A stretch of 64,000 nucleotides of DNA from Mustelus asterias (taxonomy: Eukaryota): NCBI RefSeq assembly GCF_964213995.1, contig NC_135826.1, positions 42,718,001-42,782,000 on the forward strand, given 5' to 3'. Shown piece after piece: positions 1 through 12,115 of this stretch. Each line of letters begins with the position of its first letter. The stretch's first letter is position 1. Made by a program: the position numbers and the translations under genes. The notes under the pieces are model-generated. The model ran no database searches. It saw only the letters and a list, made by a program, of their open reading frames with translations, and had not been told where the DNA came from.

Positions 1-1000
1 TCTCACTCCAGTACTTGAGCACAGAAATCTAGGTTGACACTCCACGGCAGTGCCGAGGGAGCGCTACTCTGTGCTAATGTTGCCATGCTGCCTTTTGAAC
101 GGGATGTTAAATTAAGGTCCCAGATACCCACTCAGTTAGATGTAAAAGATACTATGGCTCTATTTGAAGGAGAGCGTGGGAGTTCTCCCCAGTTTTCTGG
201 CTGATATTTATCCTTTAGTCAACATCACAAAAACAGATAATTTGGTCGTTATCACATTGTGGTTTGTGGGACCTTGCTTGGTGCAATTTGGTTGCCATGT
301 TTTGTACATTCCAACAGCGCGGGGAGGCGATGGCCTGGTGGTCTTATTTGATTTGATTTATTGTAATCACATGTTACAGTGAAAAGTATTGTTTCTTGCA
401 CACTATACAAACATAGCATACCGTTCATAGAGAAGGAAAGGAGAGAGTGCAGAATGTAGTGTTACAGTCATAGCTAGGGGGTAGAGAAAGATCAACTTAA
501 TGCAAGGTAGGTCCATTCGAAAGTCTGATGGCAGCAGAGAAGAAGCTGTTCCTGAGTCGGTTGACTCAATTGAATTATCGCTAGAGTATTAATCCAGAAA
601 CTCAGCTAATGTTCTGGGGACCCGGGTTCGAATCCCACCATGGCAGATGGTGGAATTTGCATTCAATATAAAAAAATCTGGAATTAAGAATCTACTGATG
701 ACCATGAAACCATTGTCGATTGCTCGAAAACCCCATCTGGTTCACTGATGTCCTTTAGGGAAGGAAATCTGCCATCCTTACCCAGTCTGGCCTACATGTG
801 ACTCCAGAGCCACAGCAATGTGACTGACTCTCAACTGCCCTCGGGCAACTAGGGATGGGCAATAAATGCTGGCCCAGCCAGCGATGCCCATGTCCCACAA
901 ATGAATAAAAAGAAGACTCCATTTCAACAGCTTTTCATTGTCTGTAAAGCACTTTGATACATCTCGTTGTCATGATCGGTGCTACATAAATGCAAGATTT
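1..1000 (+). mobile_element. Nested cluster: Deu-domain SINE containing a tRNA-derived SINE (320-912), which contains a Rex1 tail (345-565, minus)
   Basis: The Deu-like body at 1-318 resumes at about 915; B-box GGTTCGAATCC near 626; Rex1 tail matches 23060-23290 in reverse. Confidence 0.75.
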
Positions 1001-2124
1001 TCTTAAGATATTACCGAGCAGTGATCCTTTTAACTCCTTGATATTAACCATGAAATCATAACCTTTATTACCCTGGGTTGACAAGGGCCTCACAATCGAT
1101 GCGACCGGTTCCATCTTCCTTGGACTTTGTGTTTGACTTTGCTTCCATGAATCTGGGCTGGGAGTCCCCAAGGGAGCTTGGACTTCACACCTCACAATCC
1201 ACCAGCACCGACTGACCTCAACCCAACCAAGAGATCACACCGACCAGGGCAGTGGGCTGTTGTTTCAGGGATTTTCCACAGGGCTTAATCTCTTATATCC
1301 AGTCGAGCAGCAACATTGCCAAGCTTGGCTTGGATTCGATGCAGGAGAGTTTCCATAGAAATTGTAGCGTAGGAGTTGGAGGCCATTCAGCCCTCGGTGC
1401 AGGTGGACCCTCCAACGCTGCTCATTTTATATTCCTTCCTTTCAAACGCTGATCTTTCTTTTTAGATTACGTTTCACTCTCTCCCACAACAGCCACTTGC
1501 GGCATAACCTTCCATGTTCTAGTATATCTCAATTCAAGAGACTCCCTCCTCTCTTCATTCTCCCAGTGGGAATCTTCAGACTCTGTCCTGATTTACTCAC
1601 TGTAAGGTCTCCAGGTTTCAGTGGCCTTTTTACTGGCTGCTCCTCTGTTTGGGCCTCTCCCAGTCAGCGCCCTGTTGCCTGCTCCTGGCTCTGGGGTAAA
1701 CGTTGCTCTCCCCACGCCTGCCCTCATTCCCCAAACCCCATTTTGGTACAAAAAGATATGAATGAATGGTTTATGTTTCCAGCCACTCGCAGGGGTTGGG
1801 AATTCAAAATCCCACCATGGGCAAGTGGTAGTAATGAAATTGGATAAATCTGATTAATTTGAGGGTTGGAACCAGGATTGTTGGCAACACGAGTGGTTAT
1901 AAAACATACAGTGGTTCAATAATGTTAGTTAAAGAAAAGAATCTGCCCGCTCTGCCGGGTCTGGCCTACATGTGGTTCCAATGGTCCACTGTGGTTAAAT
2001 CCTAATGTGCTCAGGGTAAATAAGGATGGATAATAAATAAAGCGCTGCTCACATCCCAAGCATAAATTATATTTTAAGAAAATTATAATACACTAAGTAC
2101 AGGCAATTGAAATGAGTAAAGTAA

Positions 2125-2416
2125 AGTTTATATATTAGTCACAAGTAGGCTTACATTAACACTGCAATGAAGTTACTGTGAAAATCCCTTAGTTGCCACA
2201 CTCCGGCACCTGTTCGGGTACACTGAGGGAGAATTTAGCGCGGCCAATGCATCTAACCAGCACGTCTTTGGACTGTGGGAGGAAACCGGACCACCCGAAG
2301 AAAACCCATGCAGACGTGGGGAGAATGTGCAAACTCCACACAGACAGTGACCCAAGCCGGGAATCAAATCCAGGTGCTTGGCGCTGTGAGGCAGCAGTGC
2401 TAACCACTGTGCCATC
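2125..2416 (-). mobile_element. HE1-like V-SINE with alternative 3' tail
   Basis: tRNA-like head and V-domain (gggtttcctccgggtgctccggtttcctcccacagtccaaagac), then tail ...gcagtgttaatgtaagcctacttgtgac. Confidence 0.85.
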
Positions 2417-2614
2417 GTACATGAGGATGTGGATGATATGTTAGGATGTACAATAAGAGCCAGTGGAATTGTCTAGCCCATTGCCTATTGATGCCTTGTT
2501 TTAAAAATGTCTCAGTCCAGTGGAAAGGTTTGCTTATACAATACAAACCAGGGACATAATTAAAAGCAGATCAGTTGGAATGGATGGAAGTGTCTCGCTG
2601 GTGTCTCCAAAGGT

Positions 2615-2790
2615 GGTCATGATGTGGAGATGCCGGCGTTGGACTGGGGTAAACACAGTAAGAAGTTTAACAACACCAGGTTAAAGTCCAACAGGTTTAT
2701 TTGGTAGCAAAAGCCACACAAGCTTGTGTGGCTTTTGCTACCAAATAAACCTGTTGGACTTTAACCTGGTGTTGTTAAACTTCTTACTGT
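2615..2790. mobile_element. Penelope-like palindromic remnant, family 1 (perfect 136-bp palindrome, ribozyme core missing)
   Basis: 2655-2790 is self-complementary around AAG|CTT; direct repeat TGTCTCCAAAGGT at 2602-2614 and 2788-2800. Confidence 0.75.
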
Positions 2791-3789
2791 CTCCAAAGGT
2801 AGCAGGGTAACCATTCACCATTCCTTCATCGTCACAAGGTCAAACTCCTGGAATATACAGCACAGCAACTTTGCGGAAACACCTTCACCACGTTGGGTTA
2901 TTGAGATGAAGTGGATAATGGGACTGAGTGCATTGCTGTCCCGCACAATCACAGACCTTTCCCTGTTGGACCGAATGGCCTGTTTCCGTGCTGTACAATT
3001 CTATGATTCTATCCTTTGAAGACATCCTGTAAACATCACTGGACAGAAATCAGGAGCCGGAACTTTGAATGGATTTGTCCCTGTTCCGAAGGTCGTGTGT
3101 AATTTACATAACCTGGCCAATGAAACTGCCAAACTCTGTATCAAACAACAAGATGCTTGGTCTGTGTGACGTCAACATTGAGTTGTGGACAGAAAGAGAC
3201 AGAAGTTCCCCTCCACCCCACGTGATCCTTCATCCATCCAAACTCTGGACCCAGTCTCGTTGCCCTGGAGGTGAAACTCACTCATCTTGGCTTTCCTTCA
3301 GCCGTGATGTTCAAAGACAGAGTGAAGGTTACCCAGCGTCTGAAAATTCCTCTGCAGGAGCGAGCAGTATTGGCTTTTGTACTCGTTCAATTAGCCATTC
3401 AATCGAGCGGCAGTTAGGTTGTCTGCTCAAATTGATCATTGGTTGAGAAGACTATGAATTTATTAGCCTGCTTCTAGTTTTAATTCTCTCCCAGTTACTT
3501 CCCTCATCTAAATGCTCAATTCAGGTTAAGGGGCAACATGCACTAGTAAAACCCCTGGATTCATGTCCAAATGGCCAGCTAGTTACCAAGCTTCTCATTA
3601 CATGACTGGATTAGATTCTGCTGATGCCCTTCCGTACCCACCGCCCCCATAGCCAACCCCACCAACAGTCTTCCATTAATCAATCTTCTAAACTCATGAA
3701 CTGAAAATGTCTTCTTAACTGAGGTAGTGAGGCTGAGCCTCACACTAATCCCCCTGCCCAGCTCTTTCCCCATGACCCTGACAGTTCCG

Positions 3790-4232
3790 TGTCAGCTGTG
3801 ACTCAATGGGTGGCATTCTCACCCCTGGGTTGGAAGATTCAGTGTTCAAGTCCCACATAAAAGGCTTGAGCACATAATCCAGGTTGCCCTCCTAGAGCCA
3901 GTGTTGAGGCATTGTTGCATTGTCAGAGGTACCACCTTGTGGATGAAACGCTAAACTGAAGCCCTGTCTGACCATCAAGGTGGATGTAAAAGACGGCATG
4001 ACACTACCTAGAAGAATAGTTGAGTCCTCCCTAGTGTCTGGGGCTAAAATTTATTCCTCAAACAACAGCACTTTAACAAAATGATCTCATCGTTATCCAT
4101 TGCTGTTTCAGGGAGTGTGCTGTGTGCAAATTGCCTGTTGCATTTCCTACATTATAGCAATGACTGCACTTCAAAAGTCGTAAAACACATGAGGTTGCGA
4201 TTGGTGCTATATAAACGCAGGTCTTTCTCTCT
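3790..4232 (+). mobile_element. Deu-domain SINE (SacSINE1/AmnSINE1-like)
   Basis: Homologous to 1-318, 30400-30780 (minus), 34290-35130, 54560-54870 and 61500-61730; ends gctatataaa.gca.gtctttc. Confidence 0.7.
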
Positions 4233-4950
4233 TTTTCTCTCATTGTCTTATATTTGTATATTTCTCCCCCATTCACTTCCATGAGACTCATGACAGCTTC
4301 CAAACCTGCGACCTCTAAATCCCAGAAGAACCAGGGCAGCAAGGACTGCAAGTCATACACTTGGAACTTTATCACTGTTCCTTAAGTGTCACTGGGTCAG
4401 AGTCCTGGAACTCCCTAACAGCACTATGGGTGTACCTATGTCAGATGGATTGCAGCGTTCCAGAAGGCAGCCCAACCTTCCTGGGGACAATAAGGGATGG
4501 ACAATAAACGGTGGCCTAGCCAGTGATGCCCACATCCCATGAACAAATTTCAAAAAAGGAAACTTTTAGTTGACTCGGACGGTTGTGAATCTTTGGAATT
4601 CTTTATCACAGAAAGGCGTGGATACTCAGTTGTTGTGCATATTCAAGATGGAGGTCAATAGGTTTTTGGGGACTAAGTGAATTAAGAGATATGGGGATAG
4701 AATAGGAAGGTGGAATTGAGGTCAAAGATCAGCCATTTTGTTGAAGGCCGGAGCAGGTTTGAAAGGCCAATGGTCTACTCCAGCTCCTATTCTTACGTTC
4801 TTATGATAAGTTTGGGGATGTACCCAATTCTACCTTTATTGACAACCAATGTCTATTGAAACCAACTTACCAACTCAGAAAATTTAGAACAGTGCCCGCA
4901 GGAATAATGCAACAAGGCTCTTTTTTTGACCCTCTTTAGAGCATATTCCT

Positions 4951-5895
<945 letters not shown>

Positions 5896-6532
5896 TACCC
5901 AAATGCTTTCAAAAAGTATTGATTGCAATATATTTGCAGGTAAATATAAATAGCTTTGTCACTTCCAGTTATCAGACTCCCTTTTACCTGAGCTTTCCAA
6001 AATTGCCAATTCTTTATTACCTCATAATGAAATGCAACTGTTACCATTGCAAGGCGCAAACAAGTTCATTTGAACTTTGAGAAAAATAAGGAACTAATTG
6101 GCACTGCTTGTGCTAAAAGTAGAATATAGAAATGGTAAATGTGACATGTTTGTTTCTGTATTTCACAGGTGGGGGTGACCCTTGACCTCATCACTCATGA
6201 GTTATGCCATCACCCTCATCAATGATAGGATAGGCCGCATTGCATCACTTAAGGCAGGCAGGCTCGGTGGCCAATGAGCAAGTTTTCCTGCTTGACTTGC
6301 AGTTATTTTCCGACTGGATGATCTCAAGGAGCTTTGGCTCTTGTTCTCTTGCTCCTTCGATAGGATCTTCCTGGCTTGCCTGGAATCACAATCCCACTGG
6401 AAATATCTACAGTCACTTTGAAAGGGGTTGCCTGGGGAAGGGGTAAAACAAGGACTCTCACCTTCAGCCTCGTTCAGAGTGGGGGGGGGAGGCTTGTTCC
6501 ATGGGCTGGAATGGGTTGGGTGACGCCAAGTC

Positions 6533-6721
6533 AAAACTCTGCAGCTCATTGACAGGAGGGGAAGACGGTGAGGGAAGTGAGGAGGAGGCCAGTTTGGAGG
6601 TCCCGACAAAGAATATATTCCAGTAGGAAGCAGTGCAATGAATATTGGCTTCAACAGAAGAAGACATTATAATAAATAAGAGGAACAATGGCCACAATAT
6701 TATTGGTTAAAGTAGGTTGGT
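6533..6721. repeat. Local duplication, copy 1 (partner 9743-9949)
   Basis: About 190 bp alignable by eye with roughly 10 substitutions and one 18-nt indel. Confidence 0.9.
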
Positions 6722-6757
6722 AGGAAGGGAATTAGACTGGAGACCATAGCTGAGAGA

Positions 6758-7790
6758 ACATTGAACATAGAACAGTACAGCACAGAACAGGCCCTTCGGC
6801 CCACGATGTTGTGCCGAGCTTTATCTGAAACCAAGATCAAGCTATCCCACTCCCTATCATACTGGTGTGCTCCATGTGCCTATCCAATAACCGCTTAAAT
6901 GTTCCTAAAGTGTCTGACTCCACTATCACTGCAGGCAGTCCATTCCACACCCCAACCACTCTCTGCGTAAAGAACCTACCTCTGATATCCTTCCTATATC
7001 TCCCACCACGAACCCTATAGTTATGCCCCCTTGTAATAGCTCCATCCACCCGAGGAAATAGTCTTTGAACGTTCACTCTATCTATCCCCTTCATCATTTT
7101 ATAAACCTCTATTAAGTCTCCCCTCAGCCTCCCCCATCCAGAGAGAACAGCCCTAGCTCCCTCAACCTTTCCTCATAAGACCTACCCTCCAAACCAGGCA
7201 GCATCCTGGTAAATCTCCTCTGCACTCTTTCCAGCGCTTCCACATCCTTCTTATAGTGAAGTGACCAGAACTGCACACAATATTCCAAATGTGGTCTCAC
7301 CAAGGTCCTGTACAGTTGCAGCATAACCCCACGGCTCTTAAACTCCAACACCCTGTTAATAAAAGCTAACACACTATAGGCCTTCTTCACAGCTCTATCC
7401 ACTTGAGTGGCAACCTTTAGAGATCTGTGAATATGGACCCCAAGATCTCTCTGTTCCTTCACAGTCTTCAGAACCCTACCTTTGACCCTGTAATCCACAT
7501 TTAAATTAGTCCTACCAGAATGAATCACCTCACATTTATCAGGGTTAAACTCCATTTGCCATTGTTCAGCCCAGCTTTGCATCCTATCTATGTCTCTTTG
7601 CAGCCTACAACAGCCCTCCACCTCATCCACTACTCCACCAATCTTGGTGTCATCAGCAAATTTACTGATCCACCCTTCAGCCCCCTCCTCTAAGTCATTG
7701 ATAAAAATCACAAAGAGCAGAGGACCAAGCACTGATCCCTGTGGCACTCCGCTAGCAACCTACCTCCAATCCGAAAATCTTCCATCCAGT
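6758..7790 (-). mobile_element. CR1 LINE 3' fragment (RT)
   Basis: [13 protein letters not shown] and RPHLEYCVQFW in ORF 7124-7747; CR1 tail at about 6760-6810. Confidence 0.92.
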
Positions 7791-8167
7791 CAGAAAAGTC
7801 AGACAACACTCTGCTTGTATCATGTCACAGATAGTCCAAGGAGTGTAGAACTCATGTTGCATGCCTGATATGGAATGTACATTCTGAATATCAAGAGTAT
7901 TGAAGCTTTATTGAGGCAGCTCAGGGCGGAACTTGCTGTGTTGAGAAAAAATGTTGCATTTTCAATTTGAAATGCTTTGGAATGGACTTTTACGAATTTT
8001 ATGAATCAAGTGTATTTTTGAAAAGAAAGTGCTTAGAAGTGGGAAACAAGTTGTTTAGAGTCCTTTAAGTATTGTTTAAAGAAAATAATTAAGATGAAAA
8101 CCGGAGAATCTCAAAATAATTAATTATTGCTCAGAGAACAGTTAGACACATCTGTGAAAGTCGGATT

Positions 8168-8665
8168 CTTTTTTATTTATTCATGGGACATGGGCGTCGC
8201 TGGCTGGCCAGCATTTATTGCCCATCCCTAGTTGCCCGTGAAAAGGTGGTGGTGAGCTGCCTTCTTGAATCGCTGCAGTCCACATGCTGTGGGTTGACCC
8301 ACAATGCCGTTCGGGAGGGAATTCCAGGATTTTAACCCAGCGACTGCGAAGGAAAAATGATATATTTCCAAGTCAGGACGGTGAGTGACTTGGAGGGGAA
8401 CTTGCAGGTGGTGGTGTTCCCATGTATCTGTTGCCTTTGTCCTTCTCGATGGAAGTGGCCATGAGTTTGGAAGGTGCTGTCTAAGGTCCTTTGGTGAATT
8501 GCTGCAGTGCATCTTGTAGATAGTACACACTGCTGTGACTGAGCGTCGGTTGTGGAGGGAGTGGATGTTTGTGGATGTGGTGCCAATCAAGTGGGCTGCT
8601 TTGTCCTAGATGGTGTCTTCTTGAGTGTTGTTGGAGCTGCACCTATCCAGGCAAGTGGGGATAAT
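8168..8665 (-). mobile_element. 3' fragment of a second non-LTR family (ORF end ...GLQRFKKAAHHHL, tail GGGATGGGCAATAAATGC)
   Basis: ORF 8228-8590; the same tail recurs at about 15520-15910, 56880-58140 and 62990-63155. Confidence 0.75.
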
Positions 8666-9742
8666 GCATCAAAAACCACTGGTTCATTCCTAGTTCGAGT
8701 GTTGTGTCTAGGTCTGGGCATTACACCTTAGCAAGGATATGCAATCTTCGGAGAGGGTGCAGAAGGGATTTACGAAAATGGTTCTGTGGATGAGGCGTTG
8801 TAGTTACATGGAGAAACTTGAGAAGTTGGGGTTGTTCCCCCTACAGAGAAGGCTGAGAGGCAGAAATGTTGAAAATAATAGGGTTTAGATTGAATAAATG
8901 AAGATAAACTGTTTCTGATGGCTACAGGGTTGGTAATCTGACAGCGCAAATTTAAAAGAATCAGAGGCAACGCAAGGAAAAGTGTTTTTATGAACAAACA
9001 GTTAGAATTTAGATTGCATTACCTGATGGGATAGGTATATACAGACTCAATAGTAACCTTTAAGAGGGAATTGGATAAATACATGAAGAAAACCATTCAG
9101 AAATATGGCAACTCCTGGATTGTTCTTTGAAAAAAATGGCACAGACTTGATGGACCAAATGGCCTCCTTCTGTGCTGTACTTTTCTATGATTATATTTCT
9201 CCTATTTAAAGATATCATTGTTTGTCAGCAGGCCAATGAATATGGTTCTGCTTCTCTTTGGACCCAGTTGTTTGCGCTCAGGCTACCACTTTGTCGAACT
9301 GTTTCCATTAAGAGCTATGCAAAGTCTCACCTTCTTAATGTCTCTTTAAAAAGAGTGTCTCCTTTGAAAGCCTTTAAACCGGGAGTTCAGGCGGTCAGAC
9401 TCCCTCAGCCCACGATGAAGTTCTCTGAGATGGTTTAAAGAAAATACGAGATTTATCCCCATTGGGATACTCTCCCATTGTTATTTTGGACACCATTTGG
9501 CCACATTAGCCCATTATTAACGGTTGCTTTGCTCTTGGAACCAGTCTACCTTTGAAGAAAGAACAAGCACTATTGCCACCTTGGTATGGCCGTGGCGTGT
9601 TTTCTTTGGTGTTCGGTTTATTGAGGAACCCCGTGTAGGCTCACAACCTGTTGTACAGGAAAATGACCAGCGTTCGAGAGAGCACAATGGAACTGGGGTT
9701 TGTGAGGAAGTAATGGATTGGCTGACACCAAGTTTGGGTTTC

Positions 9743-9949
9743 AAAGCTCTGCACCTCATGAACAGGAGGGGAAGACGGTGAGGGAAGTGAGGAGGAGGCC
9801 AGTTTTGAGGTCCTGACAAAGAATATATTCAAGTAGGAGGCAGTGCAATGAATATTGGCTTCAACAGAAGAAGACATTATAATAAATAATAGCCTGATTG
9901 AAGTTCAGAGGAACAATGGCCATTATATTATTGGTTAAAGTAGGTTGGT
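9743..9949. repeat. Local duplication, copy 2 (partner 6533-6721)
   Basis: As above; carries the extra 18 nt tagcctgattgaagttca. Confidence 0.9.
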
Positions 9950-10084
9950 TTATCTCAAATGGGTAATTTCACCAAATGAGAGGCATTCGGGTGAGTACAT
10001 TCTTTTCAGATTTCAATTAAAACAGGATACTCACAGGTGTCGGGCCAGAGGCAGTATTGTGACAATTTTACCCTCGTTGCCAGA

Positions 10085-10306
10085 TGTAATGATATCAGCA
10101 CTTTCACATACTTCATTAGAAACAAGAGTATTCATTAATAAGAAGAATTGTACAGAAGCCACATAGCTGCACCTCATCCCCTACATGTCTCCTGCCTAAG
10201 AGAGTACACCAACCCCTGGGTGATTACCCACTCTGACTCCCAGTTGGTTGTACAGACCATGTGACCCTTACTCTCCTGTGTTTCCCTTAAAGGGACAATC
10301 ACTACA
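10085..10306. mobile_element. Probable solo LTR
   Basis: TGTAATGAT...ATCACTACA termini (TG..CA with short inverted repeat); no clear TSD. Confidence 0.45.
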
Positions 10307-10509
10307 AATCATCACACACAACAAGTGATTATGATCTGCAACGCATTGCCTGAACGGGTGGGAGAAGCAGATTCAACAGAAACTTTCATAAGGGATTTGG
10401 AAAATATTTGAATGGAAGTAAATTTGCAGGGCTCGTGGGAAAGAGCAATGGGGACTGAAACTATTAGATTGCTCTTTCAAAGAGAATCTAGTCCTATTCT
10501 GTCGCTTTA

Positions 10510-11108
10510 TTGCAGATCCAATTGTTACTGTGCAGATTTATAAAACTTTGGTTAGGCTGCACTTAAACTATTGTGTTCAATTCTGGTCGCCACATTACAG
10601 GAAGGATGTGAAGGCTTTGGAGAGGGTGCAGAAGAGGTTTACCAGGATGCTGCCTGGATTGGAGGGTATGAGCTATAAGGAGAGGCTGGTCAAACTATGG
10701 TTGTTTTCTCTGGAACGCGGAGGCTGAGGGGAGATAGACATCTATAAAATTATGAGAGGCATAGATAGCGTTGACAGTCAGAATTTTTCTCCTCCAGAGT
10801 TGAAATGTCTAATACTAGGGTGCATGCACTTAAGGTGAAAGGGGGAAAGTTAAAAGGAAATGTGAGGGGCAAGTTTTTTACACAGAAAGTGATAGGTGTC
10901 TGGAACATGCTGCCAGGGATGGTGGTGGAGGCAGATATGATAGGGGCCTTTAAGGGCCTTTACATACGCACATGAATATGCAAGCAATAGAGGGATATGG
11001 ACCAAGGGCAGGCAGAAGGGATTTGTTTAATTTGGCGCCATGTTCGGCACAACATCACGGGCTGAAGGGCCTATTCCTGTGCTGTAATACTCTATGTTCT
11101 ATGTTCTA
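10510..11108 (+). mobile_element. CR1 LINE 3' fragment
   Basis: YKTLVRLHLNYCVQFWSP; tail (TTCTATG)n. Confidence 0.88.
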
Positions 11109-11852
11109 TTACTGTGATAGCCTTGGTAATTGATAATATCTGTCAGTCCTGCGATCATCATGTCATCAATATCATGGAGTGACTGAATGCATCCCAAATC
11201 CTCTCACCTCATGTCTGGGTCTATTGAAGACTCATTGATGAGAATTATTGTGGTGATTAACTGACAACTCCATTACTCTTGTCGAACTTTAATTGGCACC
11301 AACATTAGCTCCCCTCTCTTTGGAAGTCCAACATAACATACACTAGTCAGTTACATAAATATCCTTTTGGAATTGAATCTTGGAAGTGAACATTCATTTG
11401 TATATTTTATCAAATATTACAAGTCAATACTACTATGTTCTGTATGTGTGTGTGTATGGAATGGGATGTGGGTGGGTAACAATGGAAGCCATGTTTGTGA
11501 CCTAAACCGGGTGGCTGTGTCTTTATTTAGCATGTTCATATTTTTCAACCTTAGCAAATAGACTCAGACTTATTTCGAGTTTCATTTATTCCACAGTGAG
11601 TTGAATGTGCAGAGCAATAATCACAATTGGGTTCTCTTAGTTCAAACAATACATTTTATCTCTTACAACAACCACTAGATGGCAAAACTTTGCCTGTCGT
11701 GTCAGCTTGGATCTGTAACGTCTCACTGATTGAGACTTTGAATTGGACTTTGATTGGATATAATGAAAAAAAATTAAAAATAAAACTTTATTAATTCAAA
11801 AGTGCTCTGAGACTTGCTAGGATTGTGAAAGGCTCAAATTAATATAACTTAA

Positions 11853-12115
11853 AGTTTATTTATTAGTCACAAGTAAGGCTTACATTAACACAATGAAGCT
11901 ACTGTGAAATTCCCCTTGTCACCACAGTCCGGCCTGTTGAGGTCACTGCATCTAACCAGCACATTTTTCAGAATGTGGGAGGAAACCGGAGCACCCGGAG
12001 GAAACCCACGCAGACACGGGGAGAACATGCAAACTCCACACAGACAGTGACCCAAGCCAGGAATCGAACACGGGTCCCTGGCACTGTGAGGCAGCAGTGC
12101 TAACCACTGTGCCGC
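11853..12115 (-). mobile_element. HE1-like V-SINE with alternative tail
   Basis: As 2125-2416. Confidence 0.83.

Noticed and set aside
2173-2444. Recurrent ORFs such as MAQWLALLPHS / MVSTAASQ / MDCGRKPEHPEET
   Set aside because: Spurious translations of HE1 SINE copies.
6464-6697. Signal-peptide-like MWPLFLLFIIMSSS ORF
   Set aside because: Non-ATG start; only the internal ATG at 6667 is shared with the duplicate.
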